In this document: positions 48,142-57,282 of the stretch, piece after piece
Numbering within the stretch: position 1 is the first letter of the stretch
Layout of the letters: every line of letters begins with the position of its first letter
DNA from: Actinomycetota bacterium
Lineage (GTDB): Bacteria; Actinomycetota; Thermoleophilia; Solirubrobacterales; Solirubrobacteraceae
Direction of reading: 5' to 3'
Length of the DNA: 64,000 bases
Assembly: GCA_005885515.1 (NCBI GenBank)
Contig: VAWK01000022.1
Coordinates: 27,562-91,561 of the forward strand
The notes under the pieces: generated by a model
Database searches by the model: none
What the model saw: only the letters and a program-made list of their open reading frames with translations
What the model was told of the DNA's origin: nothing
Translations under genes and position numbers: made by a program

Positions 48142-49005
48142 ATGGACTTCGGCGAAACGGTCGGGCTGGGAGCGATCGCCGGCTTTGCGATCTACCTGGG
48201 GCTGCCCATGGGGCGCGTGCATTGGGCCGGAGACCGGGTGCGGGTGGGCCTGGCCATGTTCTCGGTCGGCATCCTCGCGTTCATCTTCATGGACGTGACC
48301 AAGCACGGCGAGGCCGTGCTGGAAACGGCGGTCGAGCATTTCAAGCACCACACCGGCAGCTTCGCCCACGTGCTCGGCCTGTTCGCGCTGCTCCTCGTCG
48401 GCTTCATCGTGGGCACCGCCGGAATCTCGGCGGTCGAGCGCAGGCTGCGCTCGCGCCGCAGCGAGCCCGCGCCGCTCGCCGGCGGTGAGGCCGCGGCGGT
48501 GCTCGACCGAGAGCAGCTCGCCCGCTCGCGAGAGGGTGCCGAAGACGTCCGGCGGCGCGCGCTGCAGACGGGGATGGTGATCGCCACCGCGATCGGGCTT
48601 CACAACTTCGCCGAGGGGCTCGCGATCGGGGTGTCGGCCAAGGCCGGCGCGGTCAGCCTGGCGACGGTGCTGATCATCGGCTTCGGCCTGCACAACGCGA
48701 CCGAGGGCTTCGGCATCGTGGGCCCGCTCGGCGCCGCGCGGCCGACGTGGGGCTGGCTCGGGCTCGCCGGCCTGATCGGCGGCGGCCCGACCGTGCTCGG
48801 CACGATCGTCGGCTACCAGGTCACCTCGGAGCCGCTCGAGCTGATGTTCTATGCGCTGGCGGGCGGCGCCGTGCTGTACGTGATCGGCGAGATCTGGACG
48901 GGGATGCGCCGCTACGGCCACCATACGTTTGGCCTGTACCTGATCGCCACGGGCTTTCTCGTGGGCGTGGCCACCGACCTGATCGTCTCCTACGGCGGCG
49001 GCTAG
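48142..49005 (+). CDS. ZIP-family divalent metal transporter
   Basis: Motifs GLHNFAEGLAIG and GLHNATEGFG, with 8 predicted TM segments. Confidence 0.8.
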   Translation: MDFGETVGLGAIAGFAIYLGLPMGRVHWAGDRVRVGLAMFSVGILAFIFMDVTKHGEAVLETAVEHFKHHTGSFAHVLGLFALLLVGFIVGTAGISAVERRLRSRRSEPAPLAGGEAAAVLDREQLARSREGAEDVRRRALQTGMVIATAIGLHNFAEGLAIGVSAKAGAVSLATVLIIGFGLHNATEGFGIVGPLGAARPTWGWLGLAGLIGGGPTVLGTIVGYQVTSEPLELMFYALAGGAVLYVIGEIWTGMRRYGHHTFGLYLIATGFLVGVATDLIVSYGGG

Positions 49006-49057
49006 CGCCGCTGTCCGCTACCCACTCGCGATTCCGGTAAGCGCGTCTGCGCGCGGA

Positions 49058-50089
49058 ATGGCGGCGTGCGCAGCGTTTAGGATCTGGGCGGTGTCACGCA
49101 TCGGGCGCCGCTGGAACTGGGACTTCGAGGACGAGCCGCCCCCCGCGCGCCGGCCGCCCCCGCCACAGCCCGCGCCCCCCTCACCGCCGCCGCGGCCGCC
49201 ACTGGCGACGCAGGACCACAGCGCTCAGCTCGCGCGCCGCACGCGCATTCGCCTGCGCCGCGGCACCGCGCTGCTGGCGCTGGCGCTGCTGCTGGCGCTC
49301 GCCATCGCGCTGAGTGGATCGCACCATCGCGGCTCGACGCATCACGCCAGCGCAGGCCTCGGCGCTCGCCTCCCGGCGAGCGCCGCCTCCCCCCAGCAAT
49401 CCCCCGCTGAGGAAGACCGTGCCGTCTCTGCCACGCTCGCCTACACCCCCTTCGTCAGGGAAGGCGGCGGCTCGGCGCGCGATATCGCGTTGACATTCGA
49501 CGACGGTCCCGGACCGTACACGCCGCAGGTGCTGAGCGTGCTCGAGCAGGCCCACGTGCGCGCCACCTTTTTTGCGATCGGCAAGATGGAGCGCTACTTC
49601 AGCGACTTCACCGCACGCGAGCTGCGCGACGGCCACGTCGTCGGCGACCACACCGAGACGCACCCCATGCTGGCGCGGCTGTCCGCTCACGAACAGCGCG
49701 AAGAGCTGTTTGAAGCGATCGTGCGGATCGAACTACTTGGCACGCGGCCGATCCTGTTTCGCCCGCCCTACGGCTCGTTCAACGCGGCCACGCTGCGCCA
49801 GCTGCGCGCGCTGAAGCTGCTGATGGTGCTGTGGTCGGCCGACACTGGCGACTACCAGCAGCCGGGCGTGCCGGTAATCGTGCAGCGGGCGCTCGCCGGC
49901 GCCCACCCGGGCGCGATCATCCTGATGCACGACGGCGGCGGCGACCGCTCGCAGACCGTCGCGGCCCTGCCCGCGATCATCCACGCGCTGCGCGCCCGCG
50001 GCTATCGCCTCGTCACCGTCCCGCAGCTCCTGCACGACGATCCGCCGCCCGCCGGCCAGCCGCTGCCGACGCGCCTAGCCGGCGACTGA
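49058..50089 (+). CDS. Polysaccharide deacetylase (NodB homology domain) with Pro-rich N-terminus and TM anchor
   Basis: LTFDDGPGPYT, GDHTETHP and FRPPYGS motifs. Confidence 0.8.
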   Translation: MAACAAFRIWAVSRIGRRWNWDFEDEPPPARRPPPPQPAPPSPPPRPPLATQDHSAQLARRTRIRLRRGTALLALALLLALAIALSGSHHRGSTHHASAGLGARLPASAASPQQSPAEEDRAVSATLAYTPFVREGGGSARDIALTFDDGPGPYTPQVLSVLEQAHVRATFFAIGKMERYFSDFTARELRDGHVVGDHTETHPMLARLSAHEQREELFEAIVRIELLGTRPILFRPPYGSFNAATLRQLRALKLLMVLWSADTGDYQQPGVPVIVQRALAGAHPGAIILMHDGGGDRSQTVAALPAIIHALRARGYRLVTVPQLLHDDPPPAGQPLPTRLAGD

Positions 50090-50128
50090 CGCGCTCACCA
50101 CCGGCGCGCTCGCTGTGCCGGGCGCGAC

Positions 50129-50190
50129 GCTCGTAGCCCGCTGCTCGTAGCCCGCTGCTCGCTGCTCGCTGCTCGCTGCCGCTGCTCGCG
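50129..50190. repeat. Nested microsatellite: 14-mer GCTCGTAGCCCGCT x2 followed by heptamer GCTCGCT x3 plus 2 degenerate copies
   Basis: Read directly, between the convergent deacetylase and zur genes. Confidence 0.75.
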
Positions 50191-50194
50191 AAGC

Positions 50195-50215
50195 GTGCGC
50201 GCTCAGCGCGCGCAC
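50195..50215. terminator. Hairpin overlapping the zur stop codon
   Basis: GTGCGCGC (50195-50202) pairs with GCGCGCAC (50208-50215) around a 5-nt loop. Confidence 0.35.
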
Positions 50216-50652
50216 ACACGGCAGGCGCCGTGAATGACGATCTCGTGCACCGACACCTTCAACGGAACACGATCGGATAGGCGGCTGATCGCGCGCTCCA
50301 GCCCGGCGTCGGTGAACGGCTCCAGGCGCCCGCAGCGGTCGCAGACGAGGTGGTGGTGGTGACCGGGCCCTCGCCGCACGGCCTCGTAGCGCACGATCCC
50401 CTGCCCCAGCTCCACCCGCTGCACCACGCCGATCGCCTCGAGCTCCTCCATTACGCGGTAGATGCTGGCGCGCGAGACCGCGCGCCGGCGACCGCCGAGA
50501 GCCCGCTGGATCTCCTGGGCCGACAGCGCACACGCCTGCTCATCGAGCAGCTCGAGGATCGCCCGCCGGGCGCCGCCCCGCCGGTACCCCGCCTCAGTCA
50601 GCGCCCGCGCCGCCTGCTCGGCCCAACCAGACCGTTGCGTGGTCGGGGTCAC
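50203..50652 (-). CDS. zur: Fur-family regulator (Zur-like)
   Basis: wHTH, HHHHLVCDRCGRLEPF and HGACRVC metal sites, next to a znuA-like gene. Confidence 0.8.
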   Translation of the reverse strand: MTPTTQRSGWAEQAARALTEAGYRRGGARRAILELLDEQACALSAQEIQRALGGRRRAVSRASIYRVMEELEAIGVVQRVELGQGIVRYEAVRRGPGHHHHLVCDRCGRLEPFTDAGLERAISRLSDRVPLKVSVHEIVIHGACRVCAR

Positions 50653-50670
50653 GGCTCGATTGTAGGGGCC

Positions 50671-51615
50671 TCACCGTCCCGTCGCCCTGCGCAGCGCGGC
50701 GCGCAGCGCTTCGAGCTGCGCCACCTGCCACTGCTCGAAGCTCGCCGAAGCCGGCGCCAGCGTCTCGGTCACGGTCGCGATGGGGATGTTGTGTGCGCGC
50801 GCAAGCGCATTGACCCGCTGCACGTCGGGGGTGACGTTCTGGCTGTTGTAGATCCAAACCTTGATCTGGCGCTGAGAGACCTGCGCGTCGACGAGCCGCT
50901 TGTCCTGCGCGGTCACGTCGGTGCCCTCGGCGATCGCCTTGGCGAAGCTGTATGGGGTCATGAGCCGCAAGCCGAGGTCTTCGCCGAGCGGCTGGAAGAT
51001 GCTCTCGCTGTAGCCCACCGGCGCGCCCGCGAATTCCGCGCGAATCTCGCGGCGCAGCGCCTGGTAGCGCGCCAGACCGGCGGTCAGGAAGGTGACCCGG
51101 CGCTGCGCGAAGTAGCTCGTGTCGGCCGGGTCAAGCCGCTCGTAGGCGGCGCTGATGCGGTCGACGATCTGCTGCACGTGCGCCGGCGAGTACCACTGGT
51201 GCGGATTGGCCCCAGCTCCCAGCTCGAGCGCGCGGCCGACGTTCAGCACTAGGCGCCCCGACAGCGGGCTGGCCGCGAGCAGGCGGTCGGCCCACGCGTC
51301 GTACCCGAGGCCGTTGACGATCACCAGCTGGGCGCCGGCGAGCGCGCGGGCGTCGCGCGCGTTGGGTTCGTAGGCGTGCGGATCGGTGTCGGGGTTGACG
51401 ATGATGCTGCTCACGCTCGGCCGCCCGCCGCCGAGCTGGGCGGCGATGCTGCCCCAGAAGTTCTCCGCCGCCACCACCACCAGCCCGCCGCCACCGCCGC
51501 GTGCTGCGGGCGCGCCCGGGCTCCCGCTGCGTCCGCAGCCGGACGCGACCGCCACGAGCGCCAGCGCTAGCGGCGCGCTGCGGCGGAGGAGGAGCGAACC
51601 GAACATAGGACGCAT
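50671..51615 (-). CDS. Metal (Zn/Mn) ABC transporter substrate-binding lipoprotein, ZnuA/TroA family
   Basis: Lipobox VAVASGCG, NPDTDPHAYEP and NPHQWYSP motifs. No cognate permease or ATPase gene is adjacent. Confidence 0.85.
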   Translation of the reverse strand: MRPMFGSLLLRRSAPLALALVAVASGCGRSGSPGAPAARGGGGGLVVVAAENFWGSIAAQLGGGRPSVSSIIVNPDTDPHAYEPNARDARALAGAQLVIVNGLGYDAWADRLLAASPLSGRLVLNVGRALELGAGANPHQWYSPAHVQQIVDRISAAYERLDPADTSYFAQRRVTFLTAGLARYQALRREIRAEFAGAPVGYSESIFQPLGEDLGLRLMTPYSFAKAIAEGTDVTAQDKRLVDAQVSQRQIKVWIYNSQNVTPDVQRVNALARAHNIPIATVTETLAPASASFEQWQVAQLEALRAALRRATGR

Positions 51616-51693
51616 ACGCGTTTCTTTTGGGACCGGACGGCTGAGCGCGGCGGGCACCAGCGCGCCGCTCGCCTGGGCAAGCTAGCAGAAGAC

Positions 51694-51706
51694 GAGATCG
51701 AATCTC
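51694..51706. promoter_or_regulatory. Palindrome GAGAT-CGA-ATCTC upstream of the znuA-like gene (candidate Zur operator)
   Basis: Read directly in a locally AT-richer stretch, 79 nt upstream of the 51615 start. Confidence 0.25.
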
Positions 51707-51758
51707 ATAAACATCCGTCGGGCACGTCCCTGCGTTGGGTTACGCTTGCGCGTGCATC

Positions 51759-52736
51759 ATGCGAGCGGCGGCTCCGCAGAGCGGCCCGAGGGATCGTCCC
51801 TCGCCGCGCAGTCCCGGCCGGCGCGGCCCCTTCCCCCGGCCCCACCGCGCGCGGGGCGGCGCGCTCGCCGTGCTGATCGCGGCGGCGTTCGCGGCCGTGG
51901 CGGCGGGGTGCGGCGCTTCCAAGCCCACCGGCGCCGGCCGCCCCAGCTCGCAGGCGGGGCTCAGCGCGGCGCACCCGGTGACGCGCGCCAGTGCCGGCGC
52001 CCCAAGCGGGCAGCCGGGGCACGCGCCGATCCCGATCCTCATGTACCACGTGATCGCGCCGCCGCCGGCCGGAGCGCCGTTTCCCGGCCTGTACGTCACG
52101 CCCGGCGAGTTCGCCGAACAGATGCAGGCCCTGAAGGACGCGGGCTGGCACGCCGTGACACTGGACCAGGTCGCCGGCTACTGGCAGCGAGGCGCGCCGC
52201 TTCCAGGCGGCAGGCCGATCGTACTCACGTTCGACAACGGCTATCGCTCGCAGTACACGCAGGCGCTGCCCGTCCTGCGCCGGCTGGGCTGGGTCGGGGA
52301 CGAGAACATCCAGCTGAGCGGATTGCCGCCGTCACAGGGTGGGCTCTCGCCCGAACAGGTGCGCGGGCTGATCGCCGGCGGATGGGAGCTCGACACGCAG
52401 GGCTACAGCCACGCCGACCTGGTCAGGCTGGGCGCGGGAGAGCTGCACTACCAGGTGGCGGACACGCGCAAGATGCTGCAGCAGCGCTACGGCGTGCCGG
52501 TCAACTGGTTCTGCTACCCCTCCGGCCACTACGACGCAAGCGTCATCGCCGCCGTGAAGGCCGCCGGCTTCGTGGGCTCCACAACCGTGGTTCCGGGCTG
52601 GGCCGCCCCGCACGAAGACCGCTACCGCCTGCACCGACTGCGCGTACTGGGAGGAACCTCGCCGCAGGCGCTGCTGTCCTTGATCGCTGCCTCGCGCTCG
52701 GCGCCGCCGGCGCCGAGCGAATACAGCGGCGCATGA
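51759..52736 (+). CDS. Polysaccharide deacetylase-family lipoprotein
   Basis: Lipobox AAVAAGCG, LMYHVI, LTFDNGYRSQY and FCYPSGHY. ATG at 51759 (the track TTG start is at 51735). Confidence 0.8.
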   Translation: MRAAAPQSGPRDRPSPRSPGRRGPFPRPHRARGGALAVLIAAAFAAVAAGCGASKPTGAGRPSSQAGLSAAHPVTRASAGAPSGQPGHAPIPILMYHVIAPPPAGAPFPGLYVTPGEFAEQMQALKDAGWHAVTLDQVAGYWQRGAPLPGGRPIVLTFDNGYRSQYTQALPVLRRLGWVGDENIQLSGLPPSQGGLSPEQVRGLIAGGWELDTQGYSHADLVRLGAGELHYQVADTRKMLQQRYGVPVNWFCYPSGHYDASVIAAVKAAGFVGSTTVVPGWAAPHEDRYRLHRLRVLGGTSPQALLSLIAASRSAPPAPSEYSGA

Positions 52737-52782
52737 GACGCCACGTGGCGGAACTCCTGGCCGGGCGCTCGCGCGCGTCGTA

Positions 52783-52855
52783 AGCGGCGAACGGGTCTCG
52801 AACCCGTGACCTCGAGCTTGGGAAGCTCGCGCTCTACCAACTGAGCTACCGCCGC
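52783..52855 (-). tRNA. tRNA-Gly (anticodon CCC)
   Basis: Manual cloverleaf: acceptor GCGGCGG/TCGCCGC, D arm GCTC-AGTTGGTA-GAGC, anticodon arm CGAGC-TTCCCAA-GCTCG, T arm ACGGG-TTCGAGA-CCCGT, discriminator U. CCA is not encoded. Confidence 0.93.
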
Positions 52856-52902
52856 GCGCGGCGGCCCTGATCTTACGCAATCCCTCTACCGTTACCTAAG
52901 CC

Positions 52903-53466
52903 GTGAGCCCGCCGGCCACCAAACGCCTGCTGCTGCCGATCCTCGTCTCGCTTGCCGGCGCCTGCCTGGTCGCGCTGTTGATCTACGGCGTGTCCGCGCA
53001 GTCATCCAGCCGCACGCTCGATGAGCAGGTCGCCAGCGGGCGCTACCCGGTGGCCCCGGCGAGCGGCCGCGCGTTGCCGCTGCTCGGCGGCGCGGCGCGC
53101 GCGTCGCTTGACTCATTCCACGGCCAGGTGCGGGTGCTCAACTTCTGGGCCTCGTGGTGTGAACCGTGCCGCGCCGAGGCGCCCCTGCTCGAGCGCGCGC
53201 AGCGTCGCCTGGCAGCCGAGGGGGGAACCGTTCTCGGCGTCACCTACCTCGACGCCTCGCCCGATGCGCAAGCGTTCGCCCGCCGCTTCCGCTTGACCTA
53301 TCCGGAGCTGCGCGATAGCGACGGCAGCTTCGCCCGCGCCTACGGCACCAACCAGCTGCCCGAGACGTTCGTGATCGACCGCGCCGGGCGCATCGTCGCG
53401 ATCTCCCGCGGCGAGATAGACGAAGGCTTCCTCAGCCGCGCGCTCGCCCGGGCGCGCAGCGCATGA
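52903..53466 (+). CDS. TlpA/ResA/CcmG-type thiol:disulfide oxidoreductase, membrane anchored
   Basis: N-terminal TM and FWASWCEPCRAE active site, upstream of and overlapping the ccmH-like gene. Confidence 0.8.
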   Translation: MSPPATKRLLLPILVSLAGACLVALLIYGVSAQSSSRTLDEQVASGRYPVAPASGRALPLLGGAARASLDSFHGQVRVLNFWASWCEPCRAEAPLLERAQRRLAAEGGTVLGVTYLDASPDAQAFARRFRLTYPELRDSDGSFARAYGTNQLPETFVIDRAGRIVAISRGEIDEGFLSRALARARSA

Positions 53467-53939
53467 GCCCGCGCGCGCTCGCGGCGCTCGGCGCGCTCAC
53501 CCTGCTCGCAGCCGGCGGCGCCGGCGAGGTCAGCGCGGCGGCTCCCGCCGCGCGGGCGTCGCTGCCGGCGATCGAACGGCAGGTGATGTGCGTGACCTGC
53601 AAAATCCCGCTCAACCTCGCGCAGTCTCCCCAGGCCGACCGCGAGCGGGCACTCATCGGGCGCCTGATCGCGCAGGGGCGAAGCGAAGCGCAGATCAAGC
53701 GCGCGCTGGTCGCCCAGTATGGCCGCGCGGTGCTGGCGCTGCCCAGCGCGAGCGGGTTCGGCGTGCTCGCCTACGCCGTGCCGCTGGCCGTCGTGGCCGG
53801 TCTCGCTGCGGCGCTGGTCGTGCTGCTGCCGCGCTGGCGGGCCAGGCGCTCGCGCGACGGCGATGACGCCGCGACGGCGCATCCGCTGAGCGAGGACGAC
53901 GCCGCGCGGCTCGAGGCCGACATGGCGCGCTTCAAGTGA
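53463..53939 (+). CDS. ccmH: Cytochrome c-type biogenesis protein CcmH/NrfF-like
   Basis: Signal peptide, CVTC (CxxC) followed by LNLAQSPQADRERALIGRLIAQGRSEAQIKRALVAQYGRAVLALP, and a C-terminal TM. Confidence 0.75.
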   Translation: MSPRALAALGALTLLAAGGAGEVSAAAPAARASLPAIERQVMCVTCKIPLNLAQSPQADRERALIGRLIAQGRSEAQIKRALVAQYGRAVLALPSASGFGVLAYAVPLAVVAGLAAALVVLLPRWRARRSRDGDDAATAHPLSEDDAARLEADMARFK

Positions 53940-53972
53940 CGATCGCCCGCCGCGCTGCGCGGGCGCGGACCG

Positions 53973-55601
53973 CTACATGGTCTCGGGCGCGCTCACCCCG
54001 AGCAGCTGCAAGCAGCGGCTCAGCGTGCGCTTGGTGGTGAGGCACAGGGCCAGGCGCACCGACTCCACACCGGCCGGCTCGGCGCCGAGCACGCGGCAGT
54101 CGCGGTAGAAGGCGGTGAACCCCTGCGCCAGCTCCAGCGCGTAGGTGGCGATCCTGTGCGGGGCACGCCGCTCGGCTGCCTCGGCAACCTCGCTCGGCAA
54201 CGCGAGCAGCTGCTCGATCAGCGTGCGCTCGGAGGGGTGCAGGCGCTGCCCGCGCCACTCGCCCGAGTCGCGCCGCGCGGCCTGGAGGCGCTCGGCGCCC
54301 GCCTTGGCCAGGATCGAGGCGATGCGCGCGTGCGCGTACTGCACGTAGTAGACCGGGTTCTCGCTCGATTGCTCGCGCGCCAGATCGAGGTCCAGGTCGA
54401 CGGTCGTGTCGTGCGAGCGTGCCAGCAGATACCAGCGCGCGGCGTCCACGCCGATCTCCGCCAGCAGGTCGTCCAGCGTGACGAACTCACCCGCCCGCTT
54501 GGACATCTGCGCGCGCTCGCCCGCCCTGATCAGGTGCACGAGCTGCATGATCAGCAGCTCCAGCCGGTCGGGATCGCCTCCCAGCGCGCGGTACGCGGCC
54601 TTCATCCGCGACACGTAACCGTGGTGGTCGGCGCCCCACACGTCGATCTCCCGATCGAAGCCGCGCTCGCGCCGCAGCTCGTGGTAGGCGATATCGGAGG
54701 CGAAGTAGGTGTGCTCGCCGTTCGAGCGCACCAGCACGCGGTCCTTGTCGTCGCCGAAGTCCGTCGTGCGCAGCCACAGCGCCCCCTCGCTGCGGTAGGT
54801 GCGCCCCTGCTGCTCGAGGATCGCCAGCGCGCGCGCCACCGGGCTCGGATCGCCATCGTGCAGCGCGCTCTCATACTCCCAGCGGTCGAAGCCCGCCACC
54901 GCGAAGGCCTCCAGCGAGCGCCGCATCTGGGCCACGATCAGCTCCACCGCCGCCCGTCCCACGGCGGCCGCGTCCATGCCGTCGGTGTCGATCAGCTCCG
55001 CCAGCTCGCGCACGTACTCGCCCCGGTAGCCGTCCTCGGGCAGCGGCTCGCCGCGCGCAAGCGCGCGCACCGACTCGCCCAGCTTGAGCACCTGCGAGCC
55101 CGCGTCGTTGACGTAGAACTCGCGCTCCACCTCATGTCCGTGCCAGGCGAGCACGCGCGTGAGCGCATCGCCATAGGCCGCGTTGCGTGCGTGACCCACG
55201 TGCATCGGTCCGGTCGGGTTGGCCGAGACGAATTCGACCAGGATGCGCTCGCGCCAGGCGACGCCGCCGGCGCCGAACTGCTCCCCTGCGGCCAGCGCGT
55301 GGCCGAGCGCGTCCAGCAGCCAGGAATCGGCCAGGAACAGGTTCACGAACCCTGGACCCGCGACCTCGACGCGCTCCAGCCCGGCGCCGAGCCGGCGCTG
55401 CAGCGCGCTCCCCAGCCGCCCTGCCACCTCGCGCGGCGCGGCTCGCAGGCTCGGCGCCAGCAGCAGCGCGGCGTTGGTCGAGTAGTCGCCGAAGTCCGCG
55501 CGCGGCGGCCGCTCCAGCGTGATCCGGGGCGTGCCTCCGCCCAGCTCTCCCACGGCCTCCAGCACGGCGCCGCGCAGGCTGCCTAATGGGTCGGTGCTCA
55601 A
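53973..55601 (-). CDS. argS: Arginyl-tRNA synthetase
   Basis: HIGH-type PTGPMHVGHARN and KMSK-type QMSKRAG. A TTG at 55601 is proposed; the ATG at 55682 would overlap the divergent DUF3467-like gene. Confidence 0.9.
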   Translation of the reverse strand: MSTDPLGSLRGAVLEAVGELGGGTPRITLERPPRADFGDYSTNAALLLAPSLRAAPREVAGRLGSALQRRLGAGLERVEVAGPGFVNLFLADSWLLDALGHALAAGEQFGAGGVAWRERILVEFVSANPTGPMHVGHARNAAYGDALTRVLAWHGHEVEREFYVNDAGSQVLKLGESVRALARGEPLPEDGYRGEYVRELAELIDTDGMDAAAVGRAAVELIVAQMRRSLEAFAVAGFDRWEYESALHDGDPSPVARALAILEQQGRTYRSEGALWLRTTDFGDDKDRVLVRSNGEHTYFASDIAYHELRRERGFDREIDVWGADHHGYVSRMKAAYRALGGDPDRLELLIMQLVHLIRAGERAQMSKRAGEFVTLDDLLAEIGVDAARWYLLARSHDTTVDLDLDLAREQSSENPVYYVQYAHARIASILAKAGAERLQAARRDSGEWRGQRLHPSERTLIEQLLALPSEVAEAAERRAPHRIATYALELAQGFTAFYRDCRVLGAEPAGVESVRLALCLTTKRTLSRCLQLLGVSAPETM

Positions 55602-55620
55602 CGCTTGCGATACTAGCTGC

Positions 55621-55938
55621 GTGAACGAGCAAGACTCAGGCGCCGAGCGCCACATAAACATCCATCTCTCCCCCGAGATCATGGGGGGTGTCTACGCGAA
55701 CTTCGCCAACGTCAGCCACTCCGACTACGAGTTCACGGTCACCTTCGCCCGCGTCGACCACGAGGTCGAGTCCGAGGAGGTGCCGGGCGTGGTCGTCGCG
55801 CGTGTGAATCTCTCGCCACGCTTCATGCGCGAGCTGATCGACGCGATGGAGGACAACTACTCCAAGTGGCGCACCCGCGAGGGCATCAAGAACCTGCCCG
55901 AGTACGGCGGGACGGAGGGTGGCTCAGAGGAGGAGTAG
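55621..55938 (+). CDS. DUF3467-like small acidic protein
   Basis: INIHLSPEIMGGVYANFANVSHSDYEFTVTFARVD. GTG start at 55621. Confidence 0.65.
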   Translation: MNEQDSGAERHINIHLSPEIMGGVYANFANVSHSDYEFTVTFARVDHEVESEEVPGVVVARVNLSPRFMRELIDAMEDNYSKWRTREGIKNLPEYGGTEGGSEEE

Positions 55939-55966
55939 CGCCCCGCGGCCGCTCAGAGCGACAGCA

Positions 55967-56698
55967 ATGAAGGTCGCGGTCATCTCTGACATCCACGGCA
56001 ACAAGCAGGCCTTCGAGGCCACGCTCGATGCGGTCGCCGCCAGCGACGCGGCCGAGCTGTGGTGCCTCGGCGATCTTGTGGGGTATGGCGCGGACCCGGA
56101 CGTGTGTGTGGAGCTCGCGCGCGAGCACACCGCCGTGTGCCTGGCCGGTAACCACGACCTCGCCGTCACCGGCGAGATCCCCCTGCGCGAGTTCTCTCGT
56201 GGCGCCAGCCTGGCGGCGCAATGGACCAGAGAGGTGATCGCGCCCGAAAACCTCGCCTTCCTGCAGACGCTGAGCCCGCAGGCGCAGGAGGGCATCGTCG
56301 GCCTCTACCACGCCAGCCCGCGCGACCCCGTTTGGGAGTACGTGCTCTCGACGCTGTTGGCCGAGCTGTGCCTGGACGAGCAGCGCCATCGCCTTTGCCT
56401 CGTCGGCCATTCGCACGTGGCGCTGTCGTTCACGCGCCGCGAGGGCGAGCTCGCGACCGGCGAGCCGCGGCGCGACGGCACGCGACTCGATCTCGCCGCC
56501 GGCGAATGGCTGATCAACCCGGGCAGCGTCGGCCAGCCTCGCGATGGCGATCCGCGCGCGTCGTGGCTGCTGCTCGACCTCGACGGGCTGACCGCTTCGT
56601 TCCTGCGCACCGACTACGACGTCGCCGGCGCCGCCGCGGCGATCCGCGCGGCGCGCCTGCCGGACTCGCTCGCCGAGCGCTTGGAGTACGGTCAGTGA
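55967..56698 (+). CDS. Calcineurin-like metallophosphoesterase (YfcE/MJ0936-like)
   Basis: Motifs VISDIHGN, GDLVGYG, GNHD and GHSH. Confidence 0.85.
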   Translation: MKVAVISDIHGNKQAFEATLDAVAASDAAELWCLGDLVGYGADPDVCVELAREHTAVCLAGNHDLAVTGEIPLREFSRGASLAAQWTREVIAPENLAFLQTLSPQAQEGIVGLYHASPRDPVWEYVLSTLLAELCLDEQRHRLCLVGHSHVALSFTRREGELATGEPRRDGTRLDLAAGEWLINPGSVGQPRDGDPRASWLLLDLDGLTASFLRTDYDVAGAAAAIRAARLPDSLAERLEYGQ

Positions 56699-56700
56699 GC

Positions 56701-57282
56701 ATGCGCGGCCGCAAATGGTCGATCCGGCGCGCCGGCTTCCTCGCCAGCGGCCTGCTCGGCGCAGGCGCGGCGCTGCTGGCCGCGTGCGGCGGCAGCGGCA
56801 AACTGATCCCGGTCGCCAACTCCGAACCGCTGCAGAAGGACTTCGAAGAAGTCGCGCGCGCCGCCGAAAGCGGCCACGGCAGCTGTACCGCAACCGAAGC
56901 GGCGCTGCGCAAGGCCGAGCAGGACTTCGGCGGGCTGCCCGCGAGCGTCGATCCCGGCCTGCGGCGGCGGCTGCGCGAAGGCATCGCCAAGCTGCGCGCC
57001 GACGCGCTCGAACTGTGCGTTCAGCCCGCGGTGTCGACCACGGCGACGACCGCGCCGCGCACGACCACGACCACCACCACGACGCCAACCAGCACGCAGA
57101 ACACGAGCACAGAAAACACGAGCACGCAGACCCCGCCCAACACCACCACCAACACCGGACCCGGCGGCGGCACGCCGGCCAACGAAGGCGAAGGCGAAGA
57201 AGCAGGCGCGCCCAAGCACAAGGGGAAGGCCGGCGAACCCGGCGCCGGCGGCGGCGCGGCGGGCGGAGAAGCGGGCAAATGA
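56701..57282 (+). CDS. Lipoprotein with Thr/Asn-rich and Gly/Glu-rich tail
   Basis: Lipobox LLAACGGSG, a helical domain, then the low-complexity stretch TTTTTTTTPTSTQNTSTENTSTQ. Its stop overlaps the kinase ATG. Confidence 0.6.
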   Translation: MRGRKWSIRRAGFLASGLLGAGAALLAACGGSGKLIPVANSEPLQKDFEEVARAAESGHGSCTATEAALRKAEQDFGGLPASVDPGLRRRLREGIAKLRADALELCVQPAVSTTATTAPRTTTTTTTTPTSTQNTSTENTSTQTPPNTTTNTGPGGGTPANEGEGEEAGAPKHKGKAGEPGAGGGAAGGEAGK

